A DNA stretch of 64,000 bases. Source: Desulfurococcaceae archaeon. GTDB lineage: Archaea; Thermoproteota; Thermoprotei_A; Sulfolobales; NBVN01. The stretch covers positions 22,991-86,990 of the forward strand of contig JAJHRE010000002.1 in assembly GCA_020832985.1 (NCBI GenBank). Reading direction: 5' to 3'. The notes beneath the pieces are model-generated. The model saw nothing but the letters and a program-made list of their open reading frames with translations. It did no database searches and was not told the origin of the DNA. Made by a program: the position numbers and the translations under genes. Every line of letters begins with the position of its first letter. The stretch's first letter is position 1. This document shows, one piece after another, positions 22,287-31,910 of the stretch.

Positions 22287-23134
22287 GGGTAGCTCTACTA
22301 TACGACATCCTCCGTTGGGAGGAGAAGTCATTCATAGAAACCTCTAAGAAATTAGATGTAGATATAGTCCCTATCCACATACCGACATACTATGGTAGAG
22401 TTGGTGATGGTAATTCCTTAAGTACTGATGTAGATATAGCTATACAGAGGGGTGTGAGTTTCTACAACTCATTAGAATCTACGATAATGTTTGAATCATA
22501 CGGTATCAACGTAGTTAATAAGTCGTACACGATAATGGTTTGTCAGGACAAGTTATGGACTACATCGTTATTAGTGAGGAATAAAGTACCAGTACCTGAT
22601 ACGTACGTAGCTTTTAGTCATGAGGTAGTTCCTAAGGTCTCTGAGAAGTTAGGTTATCCATTCGTGATTAAACCTATCTACGGTAGTTGGGGTAGGTTAC
22701 TAGCTTTGATAGATGATGAGGAGGATATGAGGACTGTAGTTGAGCATAGGACATATATGCATAACCCGATCTACAGTATATACTATGTACAGGAATTTGT
22801 TAAGAAGCCTGGTAGGGATATTAGGATATTTACAGTAGGTGATGAAGTACCTGTAGGTATTTATAGGTATAGTAATCACTGGATAACAAACACTGCTAGG
22901 GGTGGTAAGGCAGTACCACTACGTATCGATCCTGAGCTTGAGGATTTAGCGTTAAGGGCTGCTAGATCTGTTGAAGGTCAGTTCCTCGGGATAGATATAT
23001 TCGAACATCCTGAGAAAGGCTACGTAGTTAATGAAGTTAATGCAGTGACTGAGTTTAAGAATACTGTAGCAGTTACTGGGTATGACCTAACACGTAAGGT
23101 GTTAGAATACATTATAGGCTTGGTGAGACGTTAA
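22274..23134 (+). CDS. lysX: LysW ligase LysX/ArgX (ATP-grasp)
   Basis: RWEEK, KPIYGSWGRL, QEFVKKPGRDIR, WITNTARGG, EFKN. Confidence 0.94.
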   Translation: MGRVRVALLYDILRWEEKSFIETSKKLDVDIVPIHIPTYYGRVGDGNSLSTDVDIAIQRGVSFYNSLESTIMFESYGINVVNKSYTIMVCQDKLWTTSLLVRNKVPVPDTYVAFSHEVVPKVSEKLGYPFVIKPIYGSWGRLLALIDDEEDMRTVVEHRTYMHNPIYSIYYVQEFVKKPGRDIRIFTVGDEVPVGIYRYSNHWITNTARGGKAVPLRIDPELEDLALRAARSVEGQFLGIDIFEHPEKGYVVNEVNAVTEFKNTVAVTGYDLTRKVLEYIIGLVRR

Positions 23135-24315
23135 TGCCTCTTAAATACTTAAGCCTCTACGGTTCTAGAGGTATTAAAATTGTTAAGGGTGAGGGTCAGT
23201 ATGTATGGGATTCCAACGGTAATAAGTACCTAGACTGCCATACATGTCATGGAGTTGCCTTCTTAGGACATAGACATCCTAAGATTGTTAACGCAATTAA
23301 AGAACAACTAGATAATATGATATCACTATCAACAGCTTTTGAAAGTTTTTTAAGGGATGAAGTCTTAACAGCTTTAGAGCGTATAGTACCTAGGAGGTAT
23401 AACTACGTATACTTCCTTAACTCAGGTTCTGAGTGTGTAGACTTTGCATTGAAAGTTGCTAGGAAGGTTAGGAAGAAGGTTAAATTCATATCATTTACTA
23501 ATGCATTCCATGGACGTACTTTCGGGGCATTATCAGTTACTTGGAACCCTAAGTATAGGGAACCATTCAAGCCGTTAGTACCTGAGGTTGAATTCTTAAA
23601 ATATAATGACGTCAATTCCTTAGATAAGGCTGTAAGTGAGGATGTAGCTGCTGTAATTGTTGAACCTATTCAGGGTGAGGGCGGTATTAACCCAGCAACC
23701 CAGGAATTCATGAAGACGTTGAGGGAGGTTACTCAGGAGAGGGGTGTTATATTAATAGTTGATGAGATACAGACTGGTTGTGGTAGGACTGGATATACTT
23801 GGGCTTCAGATATGTATGGGGTTTACGGTGATATAATGTTGGTTGGTAAGGCAATAGCCGGTGGTTTCCCAGTATCTATAGCTTTCCTAACTGATGATAT
23901 TGGTAGTCAGTTAGGTGAGGGTGATCACGGATCTACATTTGGTGGTAATCCGCTAGCATTAGCAGCTGTTAAGGCAGGCGTTGATGTGATTACTGGTGAG
24001 GACGTCCCAGGTAGGGCTAGGGTTATGGGTAGTAAGTTAATGAGTAAGTTATCTAGTATTGTTAAAGACTTCAAAATCGTTAGGGAGTTAAGGGGTTCTG
24101 GTTTAATGATAGGTGTTGAACTTAGGTTCGAACCTAAGCCAGTTATTGAATGTCTTCAGGCTGGTGGTGTGTTAGCGTTGAAGGCCGGTACAACAGTAGT
24201 TAGGTTCTTACCACCATATCTGATAAATGATGACGATGTTGAGAATTTATCATCAGTTATGAGTAGGTGTTTAAATGAGGAAACTACTAGAAGACTTAAT
24301 GTTAAGACTTCTTAA
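23134..24315 (+). CDS. lysJ: [LysW]-aminoadipate semialdehyde aminotransferase
   Basis: Class III PLP motifs FHGRTFG, EPIQGEGG, DEIQTG, HGSTFGGNPLA; lys operon context. Confidence 0.9.
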   Translation: MPLKYLSLYGSRGIKIVKGEGQYVWDSNGNKYLDCHTCHGVAFLGHRHPKIVNAIKEQLDNMISLSTAFESFLRDEVLTALERIVPRRYNYVYFLNSGSECVDFALKVARKVRKKVKFISFTNAFHGRTFGALSVTWNPKYREPFKPLVPEVEFLKYNDVNSLDKAVSEDVAAVIVEPIQGEGGINPATQEFMKTLREVTQERGVILIVDEIQTGCGRTGYTWASDMYGVYGDIMLVGKAIAGGFPVSIAFLTDDIGSQLGEGDHGSTFGGNPLALAAVKAGVDVITGEDVPGRARVMGSKLMSKLSSIVKDFKIVRELRGSGLMIGVELRFEPKPVIECLQAGGVLALKAGTTVVRFLPPYLINDDDVENLSSVMSRCLNEETTRRLNVKTS

Positions 24316-25324
24316 GACTTACAGCCCGACTGGTAGTGAAGAACTAGCTATTAAGGCTTATACAGACTTCCTAAAATCTATAGGTGTTAATACAGTAGAA
24401 GTCGATGATGTCGGTAACGCGTTATTCACCTACGGTTCCGGTAGTAAATGGTTGTTATTAGCAGGTCATATAGATACTGTAGAGGGTGAATTACCGGTTA
24501 GTTACGATGGTAAGGTATTTAGGGGTAGGGGTGCTGTTGATGCTAAAGGTCCTCTCGTATCTATGACGATAGGTGCGTTGGAAGCTCTTAAGTACTTAGA
24601 TACTAGTAGGTATAGGGTAACCGTAGCTGCGTTAGTAGGTGAGGAGGGTAGGAGTCCAGGTGCTAAAGCATTAATTAGGAGGGGTTTAAAACCTACAGCA
24701 ATAGTTATTGGGGAACCTTCCGGATGTGACGGTGTTGTTATCGGGTATAGAGGGAGTATTAAGCTGAGGTTAGTGTGTAGAGGTACCGGCGGCCACTCAT
24801 CAAATCCTGAAGGCGGTATCTCAGCTATTGAGGAATTCATAAATACTTGGTTAAAACTTAAGGAGTTAAGTAAGACATTGAATGTGAGCATAGGTATGAA
24901 CTACATCAGCGGTGGTCAATTATTTAGTGTTATCCCTAAGTTGTGTGAGGGGGTTATAGATGTTAGGGTACCTATAGGTATGAAGTTAAGTGATGTTAAA
25001 TCTAAAATTGATGAGTTGTTAAGTACGTACTGTAGTTATGAAGTAATTGATGAGACACCTCCTGTTAGGGTAAGTGTTAACGTACCGGTGGTTAGGGCTT
25101 TAGTGAGAGCTATAATTAAGAATGGGTTGAAACCATCACCAGCTATTAAGTTAGGTACTAGCGATATGAACTTACTAGTAAGTCTAACAGATAATATAGT
25201 AAGTTACGGTCCCGGTAGGTCTGAACTAGCACATACAGACCATGAGGAGGTAAGTATTGAGGAGTTAGAATTAGGTGCTAAGGTCTATAAGGACTTAATA
25301 CTTGAGTTCTTCACCAACACTTAA
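24275..25324 (+). CDS. lysK: [LysW]-lysine/ornithine hydrolase
   Basis: GHIDTV, GRGAVDAKGPL, EE, GTSDMN, YGPG..LAHT. Confidence 0.92.
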   Translation: MRKLLEDLMLRLLKTYSPTGSEELAIKAYTDFLKSIGVNTVEVDDVGNALFTYGSGSKWLLLAGHIDTVEGELPVSYDGKVFRGRGAVDAKGPLVSMTIGALEALKYLDTSRYRVTVAALVGEEGRSPGAKALIRRGLKPTAIVIGEPSGCDGVVIGYRGSIKLRLVCRGTGGHSSNPEGGISAIEEFINTWLKLKELSKTLNVSIGMNYISGGQLFSVIPKLCEGVIDVRVPIGMKLSDVKSKIDELLSTYCSYEVIDETPPVRVSVNVPVVRALVRAIIKNGLKPSPAIKLGTSDMNLLVSLTDNIVSYGPGRSELAHTDHEEVSIEELELGAKVYKDLILEFFTNT

Positions 25325-25699
25325 TTTCTGAGTTATAATCCTTGAGAGGCATAGGTATATACCTGAGATATAACCACCGTCAACACCAAGTAAATTAGTT
25401 AGTTCATCAAATAATACGAACTCACCCTCACTTAACCTCCTACTAATACCTACTAAAGTATTTACCCTACCGCTATACTCACTACATACGCTACCGAGTT
25501 CCTCAAGACATACATCAATTAACCCGTAATTTAAATACCTACATAACTTAACTATATCCAGACCTAACAACATTGTTAAGTACCTCAACGATAACTCACA
25601 ACATAAACCACTACATTCTCTAAGTACTCTAACAACCATAGTGACTAACTCACCATACCTTACCAACCAATACTTCAGGTATTCAACATCTACAACCAC
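25295..25699 (-). CDS. Hypothetical Cys-rich helical protein (weak DUF86/HepT-like resemblance)
   Basis: 134-aa ORF with host-like codon usage; no RxxxxH motif. Confidence 0.5.
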   Translation of the reverse strand: MVVDVEYLKYWLVRYGELVTMVVRVLRECSGLCCELSLRYLTMLLGLDIVKLCRYLNYGLIDVCLEELGSVCSEYSGRVNTLVGISRRLSEGEFVLFDELTNLLGVDGGYISGIYLCLSRIITQKLSVGEELKY

Positions 25700-25774
25700 T
25701 TTAACAACCCATTCAAATTGATGTAATGCAGAATTAAGTATTAATACTTTAAATTAATGTTTAAGTTGGTGTAG

Positions 25775-26092
25775 GTGTTGAAGATTTCATTAGAACCTAT
25801 GTTGAAGGACTTAGGGGCTGTGAGGGTTAAGACAGTTAAGCAACGTGAATGTGAGGTAGTAGTTGTTGAGTTTAAAGATGATATATTCCTAATATCGTTG
25901 AGTAGGGGTGGGATGACGGATAACTACGTAGCTAAGGTGGTACCGTCTACTAAGGTATATAGTTGGGGATGTATAGATATAGAATACAGCCCTTACGGAC
26001 TATACGTAGTTGCTGAGGATGAGGAGGAGCTTACTAAGAAGATCATTAGTAAATTAAATATTTTAAGGTCTCGAACTTCAGACCGTACTTAA
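25775..26092 (+). CDS. Hypothetical protein
   Basis: 105-aa ORF with GGTG SD, divergent from the previous gene. Confidence 0.65.
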   Translation: MLKISLEPMLKDLGAVRVKTVKQRECEVVVVEFKDDIFLISLSRGGMTDNYVAKVVPSTKVYSWGCIDIEYSPYGLYVVAEDEEELTKKIISKLNILRSRTSDRT

Positions 26093-26153
26093 AACTTAAA
26101 ATATGCCATAGTATAAGTTTATTTACCTTACTAATGAATATATTCCGGTAGTT

Positions 26154-27395
26154 TTGATGCGTATACCTCAGTTACCCTCCATATCTGATGTTGATTTAAA
26201 CATGAAGAAAGTCCTTGTACGTGTAGATTTTAACTGCCCTATAGGTATTAATGGTGAGATATTAGATGATTCTAGGATTAAAGCTCATATACCGACTGTG
26301 AAGGAATTAATCAACCGTAACACCTCAACAGTTCTAATAACTCATCAGGGTAGACCTGGTGAGCCCGACTTCGTAACTCTTGAAAAACATGCAGAGTTAC
26401 TGAGTAAGTACTTAGGTATTGATGTTAAATTCATACCAGATGTTATAGGTCCTACAGCTATTAACGAGATAAAGAATTTAAAACCTGGTGAGGTTTTACT
26501 CCTAGACAACCTTAGGTTGGTTTCTGAGGAGGTTATTGAGGCTGTACCTGAAGTTCAGGCTAAGACCTACTTAGTCAGGAGGTTAGCACCACTCTTCGAC
26601 TACTTCGTATTTGATGCTTTCGCAACAGCTCATAGGAGTCAACCAAGTATTGTTGGTTTCCCAATGGTGTTACCGTCACTTATAGGTAGTGTTATGAAGA
26701 AGGAGTTAGATGCGTTAAGTAGGATTTTCAACTTTGCTGAAGGTCCTAAAGTCTTCGTATTAGGTGGTGCTAAAGTTCAAGACACTATAAAGATTATTGA
26801 GTTCTTAAATAGGAATAAAGCCGCTGATAGGATATTAACTACTGGGTTAGTAGGTCTTTTCTTCCATGTCGCTAAGGGGGGTAGGATTAGTAGTGAGTCT
26901 ATGAAGGTGTTAGAGTCTAAGGGTTTACTACCTCTAATACCTAGAGCTCGTAAGATAATACTTTCAGGAGCTCCTATAGAGACACCGTACGACTACATAG
27001 TACTGACACCTAATGGTGAGGTTAAGGAGGAGTCAGTATATAACTTAAGTGGTAGGGCTTTAGACATAGGTTCCTACACCATCACAATGTATTCTGAGTT
27101 AATGAAGGAGGCTAAGTTAATAGTTATGAGGGGTCCTGCCGGCTACGTAGAGGATGAGAGGTTTAGGAAAGGGACTGAAGAACTCCTTAAATCAGCACTT
27201 AATAGTAGTGCATTCGTCATAGTAGGTGGTGGTCATTTAGGTGCTATGATAGGGGATAATATTAGGGAGAACCTCCACATATCAACTGGTGGTGGTGCAC
27301 TACTGATATACCTCTCAGGAGAACCTCTACCAGCTATAGATGCATTAGTAGAATCTACTAAAAAGTTTTTCCCCACCAAACAATTAAGATCTTAA
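26154..27395 (+). CDS. pgk: Phosphoglycerate kinase
   Basis: RVDFNCP, HQGRPG, DAFATAHRS, LGGAKV, HISTGGGA. Confidence 0.97.
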   Translation: MMRIPQLPSISDVDLNMKKVLVRVDFNCPIGINGEILDDSRIKAHIPTVKELINRNTSTVLITHQGRPGEPDFVTLEKHAELLSKYLGIDVKFIPDVIGPTAINEIKNLKPGEVLLLDNLRLVSEEVIEAVPEVQAKTYLVRRLAPLFDYFVFDAFATAHRSQPSIVGFPMVLPSLIGSVMKKELDALSRIFNFAEGPKVFVLGGAKVQDTIKIIEFLNRNKAADRILTTGLVGLFFHVAKGGRISSESMKVLESKGLLPLIPRARKIILSGAPIETPYDYIVLTPNGEVKEESVYNLSGRALDIGSYTITMYSELMKEAKLIVMRGPAGYVEDERFRKGTEELLKSALNSSAFVIVGGGHLGAMIGDNIRENLHISTGGGALLIYLSGEPLPAIDALVESTKKFFPTKQLRS

Positions 27396-27408
27396 GTTAG
27401 GTGGTAGG

Positions 27409-27831
27409 ATGTCATACTATAGAGAACCTACATACTTGATAAGCTTCATGTTCAGAAGGATTTTAGTACCTATTGATGGGAGTGCTAGTAGTTTAAAAGC
27501 GTTGGATATAGCTTTAGACTTTGCTAAAAGGTACGGGTCTAAACTAACAGCATTGATAGTTAACGATAAAACAATAAATGTTGAGGAGGTTAGCGGGGAA
27601 ATCTCTAGTAAGGCACGTAAGTCCGGTATAGAGGTAGTCCTTAAGATTAAGGAGATTAGAAACCCTAACGAGAGCGTAGTTAGTAAGGTGTTGGAAGAGA
27701 TAAGTGAAGGTAGTTACGACCTAGTAATACTTGGAGCTAGGGGTAGGACACTTTCTGAGGACTTACTCATAGGGAGTACAGCATTATCAGTAATAATAAA
27801 TTCCCCCATCTCATGCTTAGTAGTTAGATAG
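27409..27831 (+). CDS. Universal stress protein
   Basis: RILVPIDGS, YDLVILGARG, LLIGST, CLVVR. Confidence 0.92.
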   Translation: MSYYREPTYLISFMFRRILVPIDGSASSLKALDIALDFAKRYGSKLTALIVNDKTINVEEVSGEISSKARKSGIEVVLKIKEIRNPNESVVSKVLEEISEGSYDLVILGARGRTLSEDLLIGSTALSVIINSPISCLVVR

Positions 27832-27882
27832 TGACGAATCCACTATAATTTTGGATGATCCGTACTGCGGTTAGATGCGCTG

Positions 27883-27942
27883 AGTAGTGATGAACTTATA
27901 CCCTCAGATGAAAGCATCATGACATTAGACTTGACTGAAGCC
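27883..27942 (+). ncRNA. Box C/D guide sRNA, predicted 16S rRNA target
   Basis: C GTGATGA 27887-93, D' CAGA 27905-08, C' TCATGA 27917-22, D CTGA 27935-38. D guide CATTAGACTTG pairs (two G-U) with the conserved crenarchaeal 16S CAAGUCUGGUG. Confidence 0.75.
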
Positions 27943-27966
27943 CAAAGAACTCACATCAAAACCTAA

Positions 27967-27996
27967 CCAGCTAACGGTACTTGTACCGTTAGCAGG
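27967..27996. repeat. Perfect hairpin between the two sRNAs
   Basis: GCTAACGGTAC-TT-GTACCGTTAGC (27970-27993), extendable by CC/GG. Confidence 0.8.
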
Positions 27997-28030
27997 GAAA
28001 CGTAACCTTATTACTCCCTTAAGTAAGTAT

Positions 28031-28088
28031 CTAGTGATGATGAGTGTTAAGGTATGAGTGATGATTAAACTCCCATGGCCTGATAAAC
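28031..28088 (+). ncRNA. Box C/D guide sRNA, sR1-like (16S U52-equivalent 2'-O-methylation)
   Basis: C GTGATGA 28034-40, D' ATGA 28054-57, C' TGATGA 28059-64, D CTGA 28080-83. Guide ACTCCCATGGC is the exact complement of crenarchaeal 16S GCCAUGGGAGU; the D+5 rule points to the U. Confidence 0.88.
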
Positions 28089-29909
28089 TCATAGGAATTC
28101 CTCAACTAATAGCTTAACAACCCCTTCAAACTCTTTTAAGTCTCTAACAACTTTATTTATCTTCAAACCTAAGTACTTTCTTAAACTCCTCGATAAGAAC
28201 CTCCTATCACCTAATACTACTAAAGCCCTATCATCTTCAGACCTAATAGACCTACCTATAGCCTGTAATGTCTTTATAGATGACTCCATATTATATATGT
28301 AGTCCCAAGCCTCATCAGCACTAACCTTCATCTTCAAGTTCTTCATAACCTCTACTAGGTAGTCATCACTTTGTGGGTAGGGTACACCTGCTACGAAGAC
28401 ACAGTTAATTAATGACTTACCATCCCTAACTATTTCAATCCCCTCACATAACTTACCGCCAGCAACTGCATGTATTAGAGTGTTATCACTGACATAACTA
28501 ATTAACTCATCTATAGTTGTCATCCTACTCTCAGTAAATCCCTTACCAACATACTTAAACACATTACTCATGAACTCATAACTAGGATAGACTACTAACT
28601 TAACCCCACTTACTAATTCATCAACAACTCTAATGTACTTAGCATATAACTCGTAAATAGCCTCACCCCTAACCTCATACTTAGATGTTAACTGAGATGT
28701 AAGTAATATAACTAAGTTTTCGTAGGGTGACCAAGCACCTAATTCTAAAGCATCTACGAACTCTACACCCTTCATACCTATAACCTTCTCTAAGAACTCC
28801 TTAGAAGGTGGTGTCCCAGACATAAGTATTAAACTCTTATAACTACTTAAAACCCTATTAATCACGTCATGACTAGTCGCCATAGTCGTTAAGAATATAT
28901 TGTTTGAGTCCCTGTACGTGAAGAGTGCGAAGCCCTCGTAGGCTAAGTTCGATATGAGTGTAGCTACCTTAACTATGGATGCACCACGACTCATAACTGA
29001 TGACACAGGCTTACCACTCATAATTAATTCATCTATAATCATCTTCTTAATATCTAAAGCCCTACTCATGACGTAGTTTATTAAATCCTCATCTATGTTG
29101 AGTACGTCCTTATCTAAGATCCTTAATTTATCATCCTTTGCTTTAGACTCAGCAATACTTACTAGATTACTTAGGAAGTTCCTAAGAACTTCATCACCAC
29201 CTAAGTAGTGATTAACCTCATTAATTGCTGTCTTTACCCTGGAGGTACTAACCTCGTATGAGTATATAGTTGCTGGGTTAGTTATCATGTGAGCTTCATC
29301 AACAACTACTGAGTACTCGTTAGTGTTACGATCTTGGAATAGGTCCTCAAAGAATTCTAGGTTAAACACGTATGGATATGTAACTACGACGTAATCTGAG
29401 TAGTTAGCTAGTTTAGCTAGGGAGAAGTATGGACATACCTTAAGAGTATCAACTATCCTCCTCACAGCGTCGACATGATTTTCACTAGGGTAGACTACAG
29501 CCTCTATAACTTCAATACCTACCCTACCTAACCCCCTAAAAAACTCACATAACTTCAAGTCTCTCAATATAGAACAACTAATCCAGAAATCCTCAGGCTC
29601 GACATGCTTACCCTTAGTAAGTGGACACATAGTATGTGCTGAATGTATGAATGAATACCTAAGACTTCCTAACTTCCTACGTAGTAATTTCAAATCTCTT
29701 AAAACAGGTGTTATCTCATTCCTAGTCCTCACAGAATGTAGTACTGGAGGTCTCAACATACTTAATGAAATAGCTACTGAGGTCTTACCAAATCCTGTAG
29801 GTGCCTTAATAACTAATACCTTAGACCTACTTAATAACTCCTCACCTACCTTAAGTACCTCCTTCTGACCACGTCTGAAGGTGTCGTATGGGAAGAACCT
29901 TATAGACGT
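28089..29909 (-). CDS. XPD/Rad3/DinG-like SF2 Fe-S helicase; near-cognate start (ACG 29909 or GTA 29912)
   Basis: Q motif FPYDTFRRGQ and Walker A APTGFGKT lie upstream of the first ATG (29759). Four Cys, DEAH, SGT and QAIGRSIR are present. Confidence 0.88.
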   Translation of the reverse strand, partial: TSIRFFPYDTFRRGQKEVLKVGEELLSRSKVLVIKAPTGFGKTSVAISLSMLRPPVLHSVRTRNEITPVLRDLKLLRRKLGSLRYSFIHSAHTMCPLTKGKHVEPEDFWISCSILRDLKLCEFFRGLGRVGIEVIEAVVYPSENHVDAVRRIVDTLKVCPYFSLAKLANYSDYVVVTYPYVFNLEFFEDLFQDRNTNEYSVVVDEAHMITNPATIYSYEVSTSRVKTAINEVNHYLGGDEVLRNFLSNLVSIAESKAKDDKLRILDKDVLNIDEDLINYVMSRALDIKKMIIDELIMSGKPVSSVMSRGASIVKVATLISNLAYEGFALFTYRDSNNIFLTTMATSHDVINRVLSSYKSLILMSGTPPSKEFLEKVIGMKGVEFVDALELGAWSPYENLVILLTSQLTSKYEVRGEAIYELYAKYIRVVDELVSGVKLVVYPSYEFMSNVFKYVGKGFTESRMTTIDELISYVSDNTLIHAVAGGKLCEGIEIVRDGKSLINCVFVAGVPYPQSDDYLVEVMKNLKMKVSADEAWDYIYNMESSIKTLQAIGRSIRSEDDRALVVLGDRRFLSRSLRKYLGLKINKVVRDLKEFEGVVKLLVEEFL

Positions 29910-30003
29910 TACACTACACCTGATAATGTGTGTTATTAAGGGTTAATAATTATGAAGTATAAAATTTTTAAATCGTAGGTATCAATACTTTACGGGACCT
30001 TGA

Positions 30004-31056
30004 ATTGCATGTAGGAGTATTAAGGATAGGTTAAAACCTTGGTTATTAAATTCTGAGGGTTACGTATTCAGTGATGTTGATGCTGATGTAAGACTTCATC
30101 TGAATGAGTCACCATACCCACCACCTAAACATGTTGTTAGGTATGTTGTAGACATACTAGAGTATGGTAACTTATACATAAACTCAAAGCTATTTAGTAG
30201 GTTTAGAGAGTTATTAGCTGGGTATGCAGGTGTTGATGTAGAGAATATACTCCCTACATTAGGTGGTGATGGAGCTCTAAGAACTATATTCTACGAGTTA
30301 ACATACCCTAACGATGTGGTAGTAATCCTCAACCCAACCTATAGTATGGTTAATGTATTCACATCATTAAGAGGTCTTAAGAAAGTTACTGTAGAACTCC
30401 ATGAATGCGGTGATTGGTGGTGTGTAGACTTTAATGAATTACTAAATAATGCTAAGAACTCATACTTAGTAGTTATAGACGATCCTAACAACCCTACAGG
30501 CTCACCAATACTTAAGGGGAGTATCAAGTTAGTCTCAGAACTAGCTGAAGTTGTTGAGGGGTTCTTAGTAATTGATGAGACCTACTATGAGTTCTCAGGA
30601 TATACTGTAGTACAGTTAGTTAGGGATTACCCAAACATCATAGTTGTGAGGAGTTTAAGTAAGGCATTCTCACTAGCAGGTTTTAGATTAGGCTATATAG
30701 TAAGTAGTCCTGAAGTTATTGAGGTATTGAGTAAGGGGTACACACCATTTGATATCCCACTACCATCATTAGCTGTTGGGATTGCAGCATTAGAGGATAG
30801 CTCATACGTTAAGGTATTCGTAGATAGTATTAAGAGGAATAAGGAGTTACTCATTAATGGTTTAAGGAAGTTAGGTTTTAAGGTGTATAACTCACTAACT
30901 AACTTCGTATTAGTACGTAGTGATGTTAATATTAGGGAGTTACTCTTAAGGTACAGTATAGCTATTAAGTCCTTAGGTAATAACCTCTACAGAATCTCAG
31001 TAGGTTCTGAAGAACAGTGTGTTAAGTTATTAGAAGTCTTAGGTGATGTGTTATGA
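30004..31056 (+). CDS. hisC: Histidinol-phosphate aminotransferase; near-cognate start (ATT 30004 or 30019)
   Basis: RLHLNESPYPPP lies ~75 codons upstream of the first GTG (30316). PNNPTG, IDETYYEF, RSLSKAFSLAGFRLGY. Confidence 0.92.
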   Translation: MACRSIKDRLKPWLLNSEGYVFSDVDADVRLHLNESPYPPPKHVVRYVVDILEYGNLYINSKLFSRFRELLAGYAGVDVENILPTLGGDGALRTIFYELTYPNDVVVILNPTYSMVNVFTSLRGLKKVTVELHECGDWWCVDFNELLNNAKNSYLVVIDDPNNPTGSPILKGSIKLVSELAEVVEGFLVIDETYYEFSGYTVVQLVRDYPNIIVVRSLSKAFSLAGFRLGYIVSSPEVIEVLSKGYTPFDIPLPSLAVGIAALEDSSYVKVFVDSIKRNKELLINGLRKLGFKVYNSLTNFVLVRSDVNIRELLLRYSIAIKSLGNNLYRISVGSEEQCVKLLEVLGDVL

Positions 31057-31910
31057 GGGTAGCAATACCTAATAAGGGTAGGCTACAACAACCAACTCTA
31101 AACCTACTCCAATCAGCAGGTATTAAGGTTATGTCAATAGATGAGAGGGCTCTCATCCTACCGACTAATTGGGGGAATGTTGAGGTAGTCATGGCTAGAC
31201 CTGAGGATATCCCATACATAGTTGAGTGTGGTGGTGCTGACATAGGTATTACAGGTCATGACTACGTAGTTGAGAGTGGTGCGTTAGTTGATGAGTTAGT
31301 TAGACTTGATTTCGGGCAGGCTAAGCTAGTACTAGCAGTTCCTGAGAAGTTAATGGTTAACGACGTTAACGACTTACCGCAAGGTATTAGGATAGCTACT
31401 AAGTACTACAACATAACTAGAAGTTATATAGAGTCTAAGGGTTTGAAGGCTAAGATCGTGAGGATTAACGGTGCAGCTGAAGTAATGCCTTACTTAGGAG
31501 CTGCTGATGCTATAGTTGATGTTATGAGTACCGGGACTACGTTAAGACTACACGGTCTTAAGATCCTTGATGTTGTTATGGATACCTACGCTACAGTCAT
31601 AGCATCTAAGGACTGGATGCGTAGTCCAGCTTCTGAAGATATAAACCTACTGATCACTATGATTAAAGGTGTCATAGCTGCTAAGGGTAAGAAGTTAGTC
31701 CTTATGAACGTCCCTGACGATAGGTTGAGTAAGGTGTTATCAGTACTTCCTGCAATGCTAGCACCAGCAATTACTAAGTTAAGCCGTAGTGATGTTTGGG
31801 AGGTAATTACTGTTATTAGTGAGGAGTTACTACCTGAGGTTATAGCTAAGGCTAAAGCCTACGGTGCTAAAGACTTAGTCGTAGTTGATATTGAGAAGGT
31901 GGTTGAGTGA
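31053..31910 (+). CDS. hisG: ATP phosphoribosyltransferase (long form)
   Basis: RVAIPNKGRL, DIGITGHD, RIATKY, STGTTL. Confidence 0.96.
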   Translation: MRVAIPNKGRLQQPTLNLLQSAGIKVMSIDERALILPTNWGNVEVVMARPEDIPYIVECGGADIGITGHDYVVESGALVDELVRLDFGQAKLVLAVPEKLMVNDVNDLPQGIRIATKYYNITRSYIESKGLKAKIVRINGAAEVMPYLGAADAIVDVMSTGTTLRLHGLKILDVVMDTYATVIASKDWMRSPASEDINLLITMIKGVIAAKGKKLVLMNVPDDRLSKVLSVLPAMLAPAITKLSRSDVWEVITVISEELLPEVIAKAKAYGAKDLVVVDIEKVVE

